A stretch of DNA of 64,000 nucleotides from Spirochaetia bacterium. GTDB lineage: Bacteria > Spirochaetota > Spirochaetia > SZUA-6 > Bin103. Positions within the stretch are counted from its first letter, which is position 1. Each line of letters starts with the position of its first letter. Both the position numbers and the translations under genes were made by a program. This document shows positions 14,070-26,149 of this stretch, in pieces. The stretch spans positions 3,744,001-3,808,000 of the forward strand of contig OZ241907.1 of assembly GCA_965203515.1 (NCBI GenBank), in the 5' to 3' direction. The notes below the pieces were generated by a model. It had not been told where the DNA came from. It made no database searches and worked only from the letters and a program-made list of their open reading frames with translations.

Positions 14070-15247
14070 CGCGGGTCGGCGCCTTCGAACAAGCCTTGCT
14101 TCCACAGCGCTCCCGGCAGGTCGCCCTCCTGCACCAGGCGGCGCAACCGATCGATTTTCGACGCGCGTTGAACGGTCGCATATCCATCCTCCTTTATCAA
14201 CCAGTAGATCTCATCCAGATTCGCGCCATTGAGGAACTCAGGGGAGTGGGTGGAGACGAACACCTGGCCGCCGCGCCGGGCGTAGTCGCGGAACTCCTCC
14301 ACCAGCTCGCTCAGCAATTGCGGATAGAGCTGATTCTCGGGCTCCTCCACCGCCAGCACGGGGTGCGGTTTCGGGTCGTGCAACAGGATCAGATAGGCGA
14401 ACATCTTGATGGTGCCGTCCGATACGTACCGGGCGATGAACGGATCCCGGAAGCTGCCGTCCTGGAAACGCAGCACGAGGCGGCCGTCTTCCGTGGCCCT
14501 GGCCTCCACCCGGGTAACGCCGGGTACCCGCCGACTCATCACTTCCAGGATGCGCCGGAATCGTTCCGGGTGCTGCTCATACAGATATGCCGCGGCCTGC
14601 GCGACGTCGTCGCCGCGCGTCGACAGATGTTCGGAGAGTCCGGCGTCTCCGCTCTGACGAGCATTGCTGATCTGAAAATCGGAAATATGCCAATGCTCCA
14701 GTAAGCTGCGGAACTCCGAAACGACCGGAAATTCGCGAAACTGGCCAAGCCCCTTGATCGCCAACGTGCTGGGGTCGTCCAGCACGCGCTCCTCTCGCTC
14801 CTCCGTCGCGCCTTCCTGACCGTACGCGGCTTCATTCGTGATTGCCGTTCCGCTGCCCATGGAGAAATCGAGGAAGTGCCACGGCCGTCCGGCCCTGCCG
14901 GGCCGGCGGGTGTAGCTCAAAATCTCCCGGCCGACGATCGGCCGTCCGGCTCGGTCGCCGATCTCCAGCAGGTACGTGGCCAGACGGCCGCCGCTCTCGC
15001 GGAACTTCACGGTGATTCCCACCGGACCCGAAGCGCCGCGGCTGACCAGTTCGCGAAGCCCGCCGCGCCGCGCCACGGCTTGCGACACGTTTTCGGTCAG
15101 GCACTCCTTGAGGAAGCTCAGAGCGTCGAACAGCGTGGATTTGCCGGAGCCGTTGGCGCCCACGATGACGGCGAACGGCGGCAGATCGGTCCACTTGGCG
15201 CGGCGGAACAGGCGATAGTTACGCAGCTCAAGATACTCGATGCGCAT
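14066..15247 (-). CDS. ABC-type AAA ATPase (AAA_21/AAA_15-like)
   Basis: Walker A GANGSGKS, signature VSDGT, Walker B VEEPEN, STHS. Confidence 0.9.
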   Translation of the reverse strand: MRIEYLELRNYRLFRRAKWTDLPPFAVIVGANGSGKSTLFDALSFLKECLTENVSQAVARRGGLRELVSRGASGPVGITVKFRESGGRLATYLLEIGDRAGRPIVGREILSYTRRPGRAGRPWHFLDFSMGSGTAITNEAAYGQEGATEEREERVLDDPSTLAIKGLGQFREFPVVSEFRSLLEHWHISDFQISNARQSGDAGLSEHLSTRGDDVAQAAAYLYEQHPERFRRILEVMSRRVPGVTRVEARATEDGRLVLRFQDGSFRDPFIARYVSDGTIKMFAYLILLHDPKPHPVLAVEEPENQLYPQLLSELVEEFRDYARRGGQVFVSTHSPEFLNGANLDEIYWLIKEDGYATVQRASKIDRLRRLVQEGDLPGALWKQGLFEGADPR

Positions 15248-15282
15248 CGTTATTCCGTTATTTCTCGGCGGCGGCCGGCTCG

Positions 15283-18200
15283 CTACTCGGGTTCGAAGCC
15301 GAGGTCGGTGAAGTTGAGGGTGCGGCTGTTCTCGGTCACGGTGCGCACGACGGCGTCGGGGGCGCCGGCTGGGATATCCGCTTCGATCTCCAGCGTCACG
15401 CTGACCCTGGCTCCCGACAGGCCCACCAGATGGGCGATGATCTCTTCGGCGATCTGGCTGGCGTCGCGGCCGGCGCGGGTGGCGTCGAGGGGGACGGCGC
15501 CGTGGAAGCGTTTCAGCGGCGGGCGCGGCTTTGGCTTGGCGCCGGCCTTTTCTTCATCGGAGTCTCCGCGGTCGACAGGCGGGGGCGGCGGGCGGCCGTC
15601 CGGGGGCGCTTCCTTGTCGAGTTGCTTCCGGGCGACGTGGGACTTGACCAGCAGTCCCGGAGCGCTGACGTCGGGGAGATCGATCCGTTCCGCGACCCGC
15701 AGTCCGCGGTAGCGCGCGGCTTCCTCGTCGAAGCCGTCCGCGAACGCGAAGGAGTCCTGTTCCCAGGTGAGGAGGGCCACGCTGTCGGCGATGCAGCCCA
15801 GCAGCACCTGCGGGTCCCTGAACCGGGTAAGGAACAGGTAGCGGGCGTAGTCATCGACCAGCTGCTCGACGGTGACGTGGTCGCCGCGCCACAGCGGTAT
15901 GCCGTCCATGTCCATCCGCAGGCGCATGGCGCTGTAGCCGGTCACCAGCCGCTCGTCGAGCAGGAGCTTCAGGGACGCCCGGACGGCGATCGGTTCGGGT
16001 CCCGTCAGATTGGCCGCGCTCCACGTCAACGAATCCTGTGGATCGTCCTGGACCGGCGTCAGCAGCCAGCGGTAGGTCTCCGGTATCCGTACGGCCACCT
16101 CCTCGGCGGACGAGTCACGTTGCGTCTCTGCCTGCCGCACCTGTAAGGGGGCTAGGTTGAGCACATCTCGATCGCCCACGATCGACTCCCAGGCCAGGAA
16201 GCGGCGCGCCGACTCGTCCAGTTCCTGAAGCCGGATCGCGTCGGCGGCCAGGAACACCAGGGAATTGCGGTAGATGCGCGGCGTGGAGCCGCGCGATTCG
16301 AGGATGGAGAGCGCCTCGGCCTCCGCGGCGCTGTCGCCGCCGCGACTGTGCGGGTGCTCGATGCCGAGCACGACCAGCCGCGCGTCCCGGTCGTCGGGCA
16401 CGTCCTGACTCGATTCCGGGAAGGGGTGCACGCGGCTGAATTCGCCGATTTGGCGCAGGCTGTCCCGGACGCGCGCGGTGATCTCCATGGCGGCGCGGTC
16501 CGGGTCGCGCCGCAACTGCTCGGCTCGATCTTCCGCCAGCTTGGTGACCGTGGGCTGGGTGTCGTACCAATAGCGGCCGTTGTCTTCGTAGAGGTAGGTG
16601 GCGGCTGCCGCCAGCCGCCGGAGCGCGTCCCCGAACACGGACGGCGACTCGCCCGGCAGCATGCAGCCCAGCTTGATCCGGCGGTCGTCGAGCCCGCGAT
16701 GCGCGACGCCGGCGGTGGGAGCGGAGCCCAGGAAGATCGCCCGCGCGACGCGGCGGCCGGCCGCGCACTTGCCCAGCGCGGGATGCTCGGCGTCGACCCG
16801 CAGCGGCAGCGACTCCGCCCCGGCGACGTCTTTCTCGATGATCGGCGCCCAGTTGTCGTCCAGGTAGCGCGTCAACTCGGACTGCACGCGCCCGTCGTCG
16901 AGCGCCAGGTCGCCCGGCAGGATCAGGGGGACGCGGTCGCCCTGCTCCCACTGGTAATGGATCACCGCCGCCATCAGACGCAGCACGCCGCGGGTACGCT
17001 GAAACTTGGCCAGCGCCGACCAGTCCGTGTACAGCCGGTCGAAGATCTCCGGATGGATCGGGTAGGCGGCCTTGATCCGTTGTTCGTAGTCGGGTTCGCG
17101 GCATTCGGTGGGGAACTCCTGCTCCTGCGATCGGTACAGCTCGGCGAACGTCCGCGCCACCACGTCGCGCGTCGTGAACTGCGCCGCGTCGAACGGCTGA
17201 AACAGGCGCCGCCGCACGATCTCGAAGCTTTCCTGGGCGGTGGCCGGCCGCCAGGACGATTCGATCCGGCCGATCACGTTGCGCAGCCGGGCCAGGGCCT
17301 CGCGGCCCCGCTGGCCGCCGACTTCGGCGTCATCCGCCTGCGCGCGCGGCGAATCGTCGGTCTCGGAGGCCGGCAGGCTGATGACCAGCAGACAGTTGCC
17401 GGCCGCCTTGGCCGACTCGGCGAGCGTCTGGGCAAAGGTGAACTGGGTCTCGAAGCTGCCGGCGGGCAGATCGCTCTGATCGCGAAGCTGCCGGGCGTAC
17501 GCGACCCACTCGTCGATCAGCACCAGGCAGGGACCGTGCTCGATGAGCAGCTCGCGCAGGCGGTCGCCGGGGCTGGTGGCATGCTGGTCGTCGGCGGCGA
17601 CGCGCGCGAATGCGTCCGGGCCGCCGAGCTGCCACGCCAGCTCGCCCCAGAGGGTGCGCACCGCGGTGCCGTCCCGCTTGATGTCCGGGTTGCCGGGCGA
17701 GAGGTGGGTGCCGACCAGCACCACGCGGCGCACGGCCGGCAGCGCGGCGGCGCCGGCCGCCCGCAGCACCGCGTCGATGCCGGCCAGGCTGGTCGGCGGC
17801 GTACCGGAGAACAGGTGGTAGAGCGCCAGCATCGAGTGGGTCTTGCCGCCGCCGAAGTTGGTCTGCAGTTGCACGACCGGGTCGCCGCCGGCGCCGGACA
17901 GGCGCTGCACGGCGCCGGTCAGTAGCTGCTGCAGGCTGTCGGTCAGGTAGGTGCGGCGAAAGAACTCCACCGGTTCGCGGTACTCGTCGGTCCCCTCGCC
18001 CCGGAAGATCAGCCCCAGATCGGCGGCGAACTCCGCCTGCTGATAGCTCCCGCTGGCGACGTCCCGGTGGGGGGTCACGACCTCCCGCCACGGTTTCAAT
18101 CCGGCCGCCGCGCCGGCGGCAGCCGCGGCGCGGAAGGTGCGGCGCCGCTCACCGCGCGCCTGTTCCTGGAAGCGGACCCGCAGCAATTCGTGCTTGAGCG

Positions 18201-18594
18201 CGTCGACCTCGCGGGCCTGCGGCGCCGAGATCGAGGTCAGCAGCCGCTGCGCCGAGTCCAGGGCGCGGTACGCGTCGTCGGTAGAGAAGGGTTCCTGGTG
18301 CGCCCAGTTGTTGCGGTGATCGCGCAGCTCGCTGACCAGGCTGCGTTCGGAGCGGCCCAGCACCTCGCGAAAGACCTCATTCCAGGTCTCCCACATCAGC
18401 CGCAGCAGCACCGCCGCGTCCGATTCGGACGAGCGTCCGCGCGGCGCGGAATCGGTCGTGATCTGCCGCAGGCGGTACTCGTCCACGTCGCCGGCGTGCA
18501 CGGCGCGCCGCAGCTCCCGCTGGACGAACGGCCCCAGGCCGGCGCGCAACAGTTGCAGCCCCTTGCCGACCCGCTCGTGATTCGTCACTGCCAT
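15283..18594 (-). CDS. Swt1-like HEPN + DUF499 ATPase
   Basis: N-terminal RNNWAH (RxxxxH), LKPWREVVTPH, EFAADL, Walker A TNFGGGKT, LIDEW, YPIHPE, FQRTRGVLR. Confidence 0.88.
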   Translation of the reverse strand: MAVTNHERVGKGLQLLRAGLGPFVQRELRRAVHAGDVDEYRLRQITTDSAPRGRSSESDAAVLLRLMWETWNEVFREVLGRSERSLVSELRDHRNNWAHQEPFSTDDAYRALDSAQRLLTSISAPQAREVDALKHELLRVRFQEQARGERRRTFRAAAAAGAAAGLKPWREVVTPHRDVASGSYQQAEFAADLGLIFRGEGTDEYREPVEFFRRTYLTDSLQQLLTGAVQRLSGAGGDPVVQLQTNFGGGKTHSMLALYHLFSGTPPTSLAGIDAVLRAAGAAALPAVRRVVLVGTHLSPGNPDIKRDGTAVRTLWGELAWQLGGPDAFARVAADDQHATSPGDRLRELLIEHGPCLVLIDEWVAYARQLRDQSDLPAGSFETQFTFAQTLAESAKAAGNCLLVISLPASETDDSPRAQADDAEVGGQRGREALARLRNVIGRIESSWRPATAQESFEIVRRRLFQPFDAAQFTTRDVVARTFAELYRSQEQEFPTECREPDYEQRIKAAYPIHPEIFDRLYTDWSALAKFQRTRGVLRLMAAVIHYQWEQGDRVPLILPGDLALDDGRVQSELTRYLDDNWAPIIEKDVAGAESLPLRVDAEHPALGKCAAGRRVARAIFLGSAPTAGVAHRGLDDRRIKLGCMLPGESPSVFGDALRRLAAAATYLYEDNGRYWYDTQPTVTKLAEDRAEQLRRDPDRAAMEITARVRDSLRQIGEFSRVHPFPESSQDVPDDRDARLVVLGIEHPHSRGGDSAAEAEALSILESRGSTPRIYRNSLVFLAADAIRLQELDESARRFLAWESIVGDRDVLNLAPLQVRQAETQRDSSAEEVAVRIPETYRWLLTPVQDDPQDSLTWSAANLTGPEPIAVRASLKLLLDERLVTGYSAMRLRMDMDGIPLWRGDHVTVEQLVDDYARYLFLTRFRDPQVLLGCIADSVALLTWEQDSFAFADGFDEEAARYRGLRVAERIDLPDVSAPGLLVKSHVARKQLDKEAPPDGRPPPPPVDRGDSDEEKAGAKPKPRPPLKRFHGAVPLDATRAGRDASQIAEEIIAHLVGLSGARVSVTLEIEADIPAGAPDAVVRTVTENSRTLNFTDLGFEPE

Positions 18595-19970
18595 GTCATT
18601 CCTCGGTCATCGGTCTGAGTTCGATCGTCGTTCATCCCGGATGTCGTGCACTCCCGGATTGGAGCGCTTGCAGGTACGCGACGAGTAGATGCACTTCTGT
18701 CGACGGGTTGGGTCTTCCTGTCGCTTGACCGGATGTAAGGGAGCGCTCCAAAGCGTCCGGCCAGATATGCTCGCTCCAGGTTCACGATACTTCGGAGTGA
18801 CTGAAAGTCGCTGAGCGGGAAAAGGCTGGTTTCAAGGCGTTCGTTGCGTTCGCAGAGCCAGATCTGATCAAGCCGAAACAAATCGCGATCGAGCATGGAC
18901 GTATCATGCGTCGTGAAAACGAGCTGCGCTCCGTGCTGATTCGCTGTCGGATCGTGGAACTGGCTGACCAGGAAGCGGACAAGTGCGGGATGGAGGTTGT
19001 CGTGCAGCTCATCGAACACGATGACGTTGCCTTCTGCCAGGGAGTCGAGCCACGGACCGGCAAGCGCGAACATCTTCTGGGTTCCGTGCGACTCCTCGTC
19101 CATTTCCAGTTCCGCCTGCTGTCCGTCTTTCGGTTGATGTTTCAGCAATATTTCCGTGCCTATATCGGCAAGGATCAGTTTCTTCAATTCGGCGGGCGTG
19201 TCATCAGGAAATTCGACCGGTGGTATTTCCTTTTCGACGGCTCTTATACCTGCTACCGCAAGATCTGCTGCGGCGAGAAAGCCGAGTACGTCGGCTCCAC
19301 CTTTCTTAGCGTAGTTCACTGAGAAGAGGGGACTCCATCCGCCGACCCCGGCGACATGGAGCCGCTTGCGAAACCAGTCGAAGACCGGCAACAGTTGCGT
19401 GCTGTTGAGAGAGACGGCCGTTGACAGGAACAGGGCTTGCGGACGGGTGGCTCTCTTCCAGACCTCCCGGTCGCCCGTGAGCTTTCCGCCAAGCTTCCAT
19501 GATGGCGTTCCGGTCGCTTCCCCGTTGCGTCTCTCGAACCAGACTTGCAACCGTCCGCTCGGCCAGGCATAGAGCCACTCGTCAGTCACTTCGTTACGGG
19601 TCGCGCGGAAGCCGTACTGGTAGCGAACGCCGTCGGCGATGCACATCACTTCGAAGGCCGTCGGTTGGTCGCTGCACGCCGGGTCGAATCGGAACGGGGT
19701 CACCGGGAGTTCAGCAGGACCGCTGGCGGCGGCGCCGAGTACGATGTCGTGCATCGTCTTGAGGCCCCGAATCACGTTGGTCTTTCCGGCCGCATTCGCG
19801 CCGTAGATCGCGGCGGATGGCAGAAGTCGGATCGGCCGCGCGGCGGTCTCGGCGCGACTCCCGACCGTAAGGATGGAGTTGGCGTGCTCCTTGCCTGGGC
19901 CGGCCACGAGACTGAGGCGGACCTCATCCTTGATCGATCTGAAGTTGGCAACGGAAAATTCGATGAGCAT
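18585..19970 (-). CDS. RloA-like AAA_21 ATPase (no RloB partner visible)
   Basis: MLIEFSVANFRSIKD, IYGANAAGKTN, ESHGT, VFDELHDNLHP, QLVFTTHD, YLAGRFGALP. Confidence 0.82.
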   Translation of the reverse strand: MLIEFSVANFRSIKDEVRLSLVAGPGKEHANSILTVGSRAETAARPIRLLPSAAIYGANAAGKTNVIRGLKTMHDIVLGAAASGPAELPVTPFRFDPACSDQPTAFEVMCIADGVRYQYGFRATRNEVTDEWLYAWPSGRLQVWFERRNGEATGTPSWKLGGKLTGDREVWKRATRPQALFLSTAVSLNSTQLLPVFDWFRKRLHVAGVGGWSPLFSVNYAKKGGADVLGFLAAADLAVAGIRAVEKEIPPVEFPDDTPAELKKLILADIGTEILLKHQPKDGQQAELEMDEESHGTQKMFALAGPWLDSLAEGNVIVFDELHDNLHPALVRFLVSQFHDPTANQHGAQLVFTTHDTSMLDRDLFRLDQIWLCERNERLETSLFPLSDFQSLRSIVNLERAYLAGRFGALPYIRSSDRKTQPVDRSASTRRVPASAPIRECTTSGMNDDRTQTDDRGMTWQ

Positions 19971-20019
19971 GCCGACTATCGGTGAGTGAGGAGCGTATCC
20001 CCAGTTGCAGACGATGATG

Positions 20020-20048
20020 ATGGTATCGGTTCCATTCGTGTCGTGCAA
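20020..20048 (-). promoter_or_regulatory. Putative sigma70 promoter for the RloA-like gene
   Basis: TTGCAC-17 bp-TACCAT on the minus strand. Confidence 0.45.
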
Positions 20049-20099
20049 GCCGCCTCCGCCCAAGTCCGGGAACCGTGCATGGCGTTGCAGCGTAGCGGC

Positions 20100-20423
20100 T
20101 TAAGGCGTGTCGCTTGTCGCTGCCGCGGGAGTTGCCGACCAGATGACGAGCCGCAGATCGCTTTCGTCGATCAACGTGTACTCCGGCGATCGCCCGGACA
20201 ACGCCTGGCTCTCCCGGAGAATGACGCCGACGATCTCACGCGTGCCGTCATCGACGCCCAGCACGAAGGTCCCGCCGCGGCCGTTGGCGAAGGACGCCAA
20301 TGTGTCGGCTACGCGGTGGCTCCTGGGTTCGGTGACGCGGCCCCCGGAGAAGAATATCCGCATGTATTCCAGACGACCATCCTCTCCGAGGCGGATGTGC
20401 CGGAGGAGATCAGCGCCGATCAT
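20100..20423 (-). pseudogene. Internally deleted AlbA_2 (Schlafen-like) ATP-binding protein
   Basis: N-terminus IRLGEDGRLEY...ASFANGRGGTFVLGVDDGTREIVGV is joined directly to a C-terminal-like ILRESQALSGRSPEYTLIDES; only 107 aa. Confidence 0.65.
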
Positions 20424-20549
20424 CGCGTATGTGCTCGATCATCTTCGCTGCCGAAGTCATGGGACGTCGGCGAACCGTCATTGCCAATCCGATGTCCGAT
20501 GGACCAGTGTCGTCCAGGGGTCATTGCTGCGCTGACGTGACCTCCGCGG

Positions 20550-23444
<2,895 letters not shown>

Positions 23445-23696
23445 GCTTCTCGGTGCTCGGCATCGGGTCAGTCAATCAAGGCGCCGCGGCCGCCAACGGT
23501 CGCCCCGCTCGGTCACTTCGGGTTGCGGCAGCCTGCACCATGGATGATCGCTGATCGCCTTGAGGGTGGAGTATAGCGTACCGCGGTCGACTACGTCGGC
23601 CTCCAGTGCGCAGAGGGGCAGGCCGGCCGCAGACCGAGACTGCTTGGGCCGGCTACCGATCAAGGTCACGTGCCTCAAATGACCTGTCGGAAGCGT

Positions 23697-24029
23697 TCAT
23701 GGTCTGTTGACCCGGATCAGCTTACCGGCCAATTCGGACACCGATGTCGCGTCGTGAATACGTTGCGCTTGCGCGATAAAGTCTCGGTCGAACGTACAGA
23801 CGATGATACCTGAATGATCGGATTCTCGTCGATGTAATTGGACAAAGTGCTTTCGGTTCAGCGTTATCACGGCGCGCGTCTGGCTTACGGCAAATTCGAG
23901 GACCTCTTCGTCAGGTACGGCTTGCTCCGCTCTACCCGTGTCCTGAGAGGTCAGCACATCATGGCCCAACCGCCGAAGCTCATTGACAACCGGTAACGGA
24001 AAATTTTCGTTGGCGTAAAGCCGCGCCAT
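23697..24029 (-). CDS. DUF5615 PIN-like toxin
   Basis: LYANENFP, LRRLGHDVLT, PDEEVLEFA, ITLNRKHF, HSGII. Confidence 0.85.
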   Translation of the reverse strand: MARLYANENFPLPVVNELRRLGHDVLTSQDTGRAEQAVPDEEVLEFAVSQTRAVITLNRKHFVQLHRRESDHSGIIVCTFDRDFIAQAQRIHDATSVSELAGKLIRVNRP

Positions 24030-24359
24030 TCAGGCGTCCTCGTTGGCGCGGATTTGTTCCTCAATTTCCTGCCGGTGGGAACGGACGTACGCCCAGGCAT
24101 TGGTCAAGTCCTCCGCACGGAGCGCGGGGTAAGCCTGCAGGAGCTCCGCCTCGCCGGTGCCCAGCCGTCTCGCCTGCTCCAGAACCCAGACGGTTATTCT
24201 GGTCCTGACGATACGCGGCTCCCCGCCGCAAACCCCGGGCGTGCTTTCGATTCCCGGAACGGCATCACCCAGATCGCGCGCGACCCATTGCAGTACCTGC
24301 GCCTTTTCCGCTCGTGTCATGGTGGTCAACAGCTTCTCCATCTGTGCGAGCGCATTCAT
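24030..24359 (-). CDS. DUF433 family antitoxin
   Basis: IESTPGVCGGEPRIVRTRITVW, LLQAYPALRAEDL; strong SD AAAGGAGGAG. Confidence 0.88.
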   Translation of the reverse strand: MNALAQMEKLLTTMTRAEKAQVLQWVARDLGDAVPGIESTPGVCGGEPRIVRTRITVWVLEQARRLGTGEAELLQAYPALRAEDLTNAWAYVRSHRQEIEEQIRANEDA

Positions 24360-24372
24360 GTTCTCCTCCTTT

Positions 24373-24565
24373 CAGCGGCAGCGCCACCTCGATCAGCTTC
24401 TTGGGACGGTCATGCTCTGGGTGTTCGGCATCGGGCCAGTCAATCAAGGCGGCGTCCGCCAACGGTCGAGGCGTTGGCCCACTTCAGGTCGCGGCAGCCT
24501 GCACCGTGGATGGTCGCTGATCGCTTTGAGGGCGGAGTATAGCGTACCGCGATCGACGACGTCGG
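24373..24565 (-). repeat. Direct repeat R2 containing a frameshifted, truncated 'ghost' DUF1156 start
   Basis: ATGACCGTCC-CAAGAAGCTGATCGAGGTGGCGCTGCCGCTG, followed immediately by the DUF433 SD. Confidence 0.9.
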
Positions 24566-24949
24566 TTGCCATCCGGTCGAGTACCCACAGCAGACCGTGA
24601 CATGCGGCACCCTCCGAATTCGCCAGATTCCGCAACTCTCGGTCGCCGGTCAGCAGAGTCCAGTGATTCTCCACTGCGAGGGCAAGGGCGAAGGCATCGA
24701 CGAGCGAAAGGGCCGGCCTCCGGCGTCGGTAGGAAAGCGCCCGGACCACGCCGTTCCCTTCCAGTTCCACCACACGGAGCCCGCGCGCAAGTAGATCATC
24801 GCCGCCGTACCGCCGCAGCTCCCGTTCGTTAGAGCAGGTCCGGGACTACCAACTCGAACGGAAGTCCGAACACGGCTTGGATGAGGGAGCCGCGAGCGAG
24901 GTCGATCAACACCGAGGTGTCGGAGGACGCAGGCACCCGAGCCGTTCAT
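24444..24949 (-). pseudogene. PIN-domain protein, frameshifted
   Basis: SDTSVLIDLARGSLIQAVFGLPFELVVPDLL, then one extra base near 24830 (CTC-TAAC-GAA), then YERELRR...SLVDAFALALA...LLTGDRELR; the start region is also out of frame. Confidence 0.78.
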
Positions 24950-24981
24950 GATGCTCGGACCGCAACGGTTCGGATGCCTGG

Positions 24982-26055
24982 CTATTGTTTCGGAGGCTGC
25001 TCTATCCTGTGGTGCAACTCGTGAACTGAGCTACCCAGCAGTTCCGCCGCTTTGGCGTCGGAGATCACGTTCTCGGCCAAAGCGCGCGAGCAGAGCCGCT
25101 CGAAGCGTGACGGTCGCTCCGGCGCAAGCGGCTTGGGCTCCCGATACGGAGGACTCCGCCAGCCAAATCTCGACATATCTCGAAAGAGCCTCCCGAACAA
25201 GGCGTCGTTGATGATCCGGAGATCCCTGCATCGGTATACGAGAGACTGCACGCTCACGCCAAAGATACCCTTCAGGTCGAACAGTTCGTTCCAGCCGATC
25301 GTCGTTCGCCTTCTCCCGATTGCCGTGCGCACGACGTCGGCCGGCATGAGGAACGCGCCGGCGAAGCGATGAGCCGCCTTCTCGGCATCGGCGGCGTCCG
25401 GGTCGACCGCCAAGACCAAGTGCCCCAACTCGTGCGCCAGCGTGAAGCGTTGACGCTCCCCGGCGTCTTTGCAGTTTACGACTATGACGGATGCGACGCG
25501 ATTTTCACCGCGCCGTGCGAAGGCGTTCAAGCCGCCGACGGCGCTCAGGTCGAACGCCAGGACCTTGATTCCGCACTCCTCCAGAAGCTCGACCATGCTC
25601 GGAATCGGATTGCGCCCGAGCTTCCAATGGGTGCGCAGGCTGAGCGCCGCGTGTTCCGCTGCCGCGAGGTCGTCCACCACCGGATACGGCGCCTCGCGCG
25701 GCTTGTCCCATTCCACGCTCGGTAATGCAAGTATATTCTCCACTGAAAGATAGCGTTCTAGCAAGTCAACGACTCGCGCCTGTACTCGTCGTTCCTCCCG
25801 TTTCCGTGAGATCGCCTTCTTTCTGAACTCCACCGCCTCAAGCACGAGGTCTTGATCGCTGACCAAGTACTCGACGGAGACTCCCAGGGCCTCCGCCAGC
25901 GCCATGAGCACGCCGGAACTCGGCATCGACTCGTCGCGCTCGTACTTGCCGATCGCCTGCGCCGTTACCCGCCGCCCGATCCGTCCCTCCAAGGCTCGGA
26001 GGGACAGGCCGGCAGCAGATCGAGCCAGCTTGAGCCTGGTACCAATCAAGGGCAT
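24982..26055 (-). CDS. XRE-family HTH fused to ImmA/IrrE metallopeptidase
   Basis: RLKLARSAAGLSLRAL...IGKYERDESMP; RQRFTLAHELGH (HExxH); FAGAFLMP. Confidence 0.92.
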   Translation of the reverse strand: MPLIGTRLKLARSAAGLSLRALEGRIGRRVTAQAIGKYERDESMPSSGVLMALAEALGVSVEYLVSDQDLVLEAVEFRKKAISRKREERRVQARVVDLLERYLSVENILALPSVEWDKPREAPYPVVDDLAAAEHAALSLRTHWKLGRNPIPSMVELLEECGIKVLAFDLSAVGGLNAFARRGENRVASVIVVNCKDAGERQRFTLAHELGHLVLAVDPDAADAEKAAHRFAGAFLMPADVVRTAIGRRRTTIGWNELFDLKGIFGVSVQSLVYRCRDLRIINDALFGRLFRDMSRFGWRSPPYREPKPLAPERPSRFERLCSRALAENVISDAKAAELLGSSVHELHHRIEQPPKQ

Positions 26056-26113
26056 GGTGTCTCCTTCACGGTCTCTACTTCGGCCGCCGCGAGTTGACGT
26101 TCATTCATAATAT

Positions 26114-26142
26114 ATGATATACTGTAAACTGACTCAGTACAA
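26114..26142 (-). promoter_or_regulatory. Putative sigma70 promoter of the XRE-ImmA gene with small palindrome
   Basis: TTGTAC-17-TATCAT in an AT-rich patch; ACTGA-C-TCAGT inverted repeat at 26128-26138. Confidence 0.55.
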
Positions 26143-26149
26143 GTCGGGG

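Noticed and set aside
23472..23678. 68-aa ORF as an independent gene
   Set aside because: Its second half is the duplicated PIN 3' end (repeat R1); better explained as a remnant
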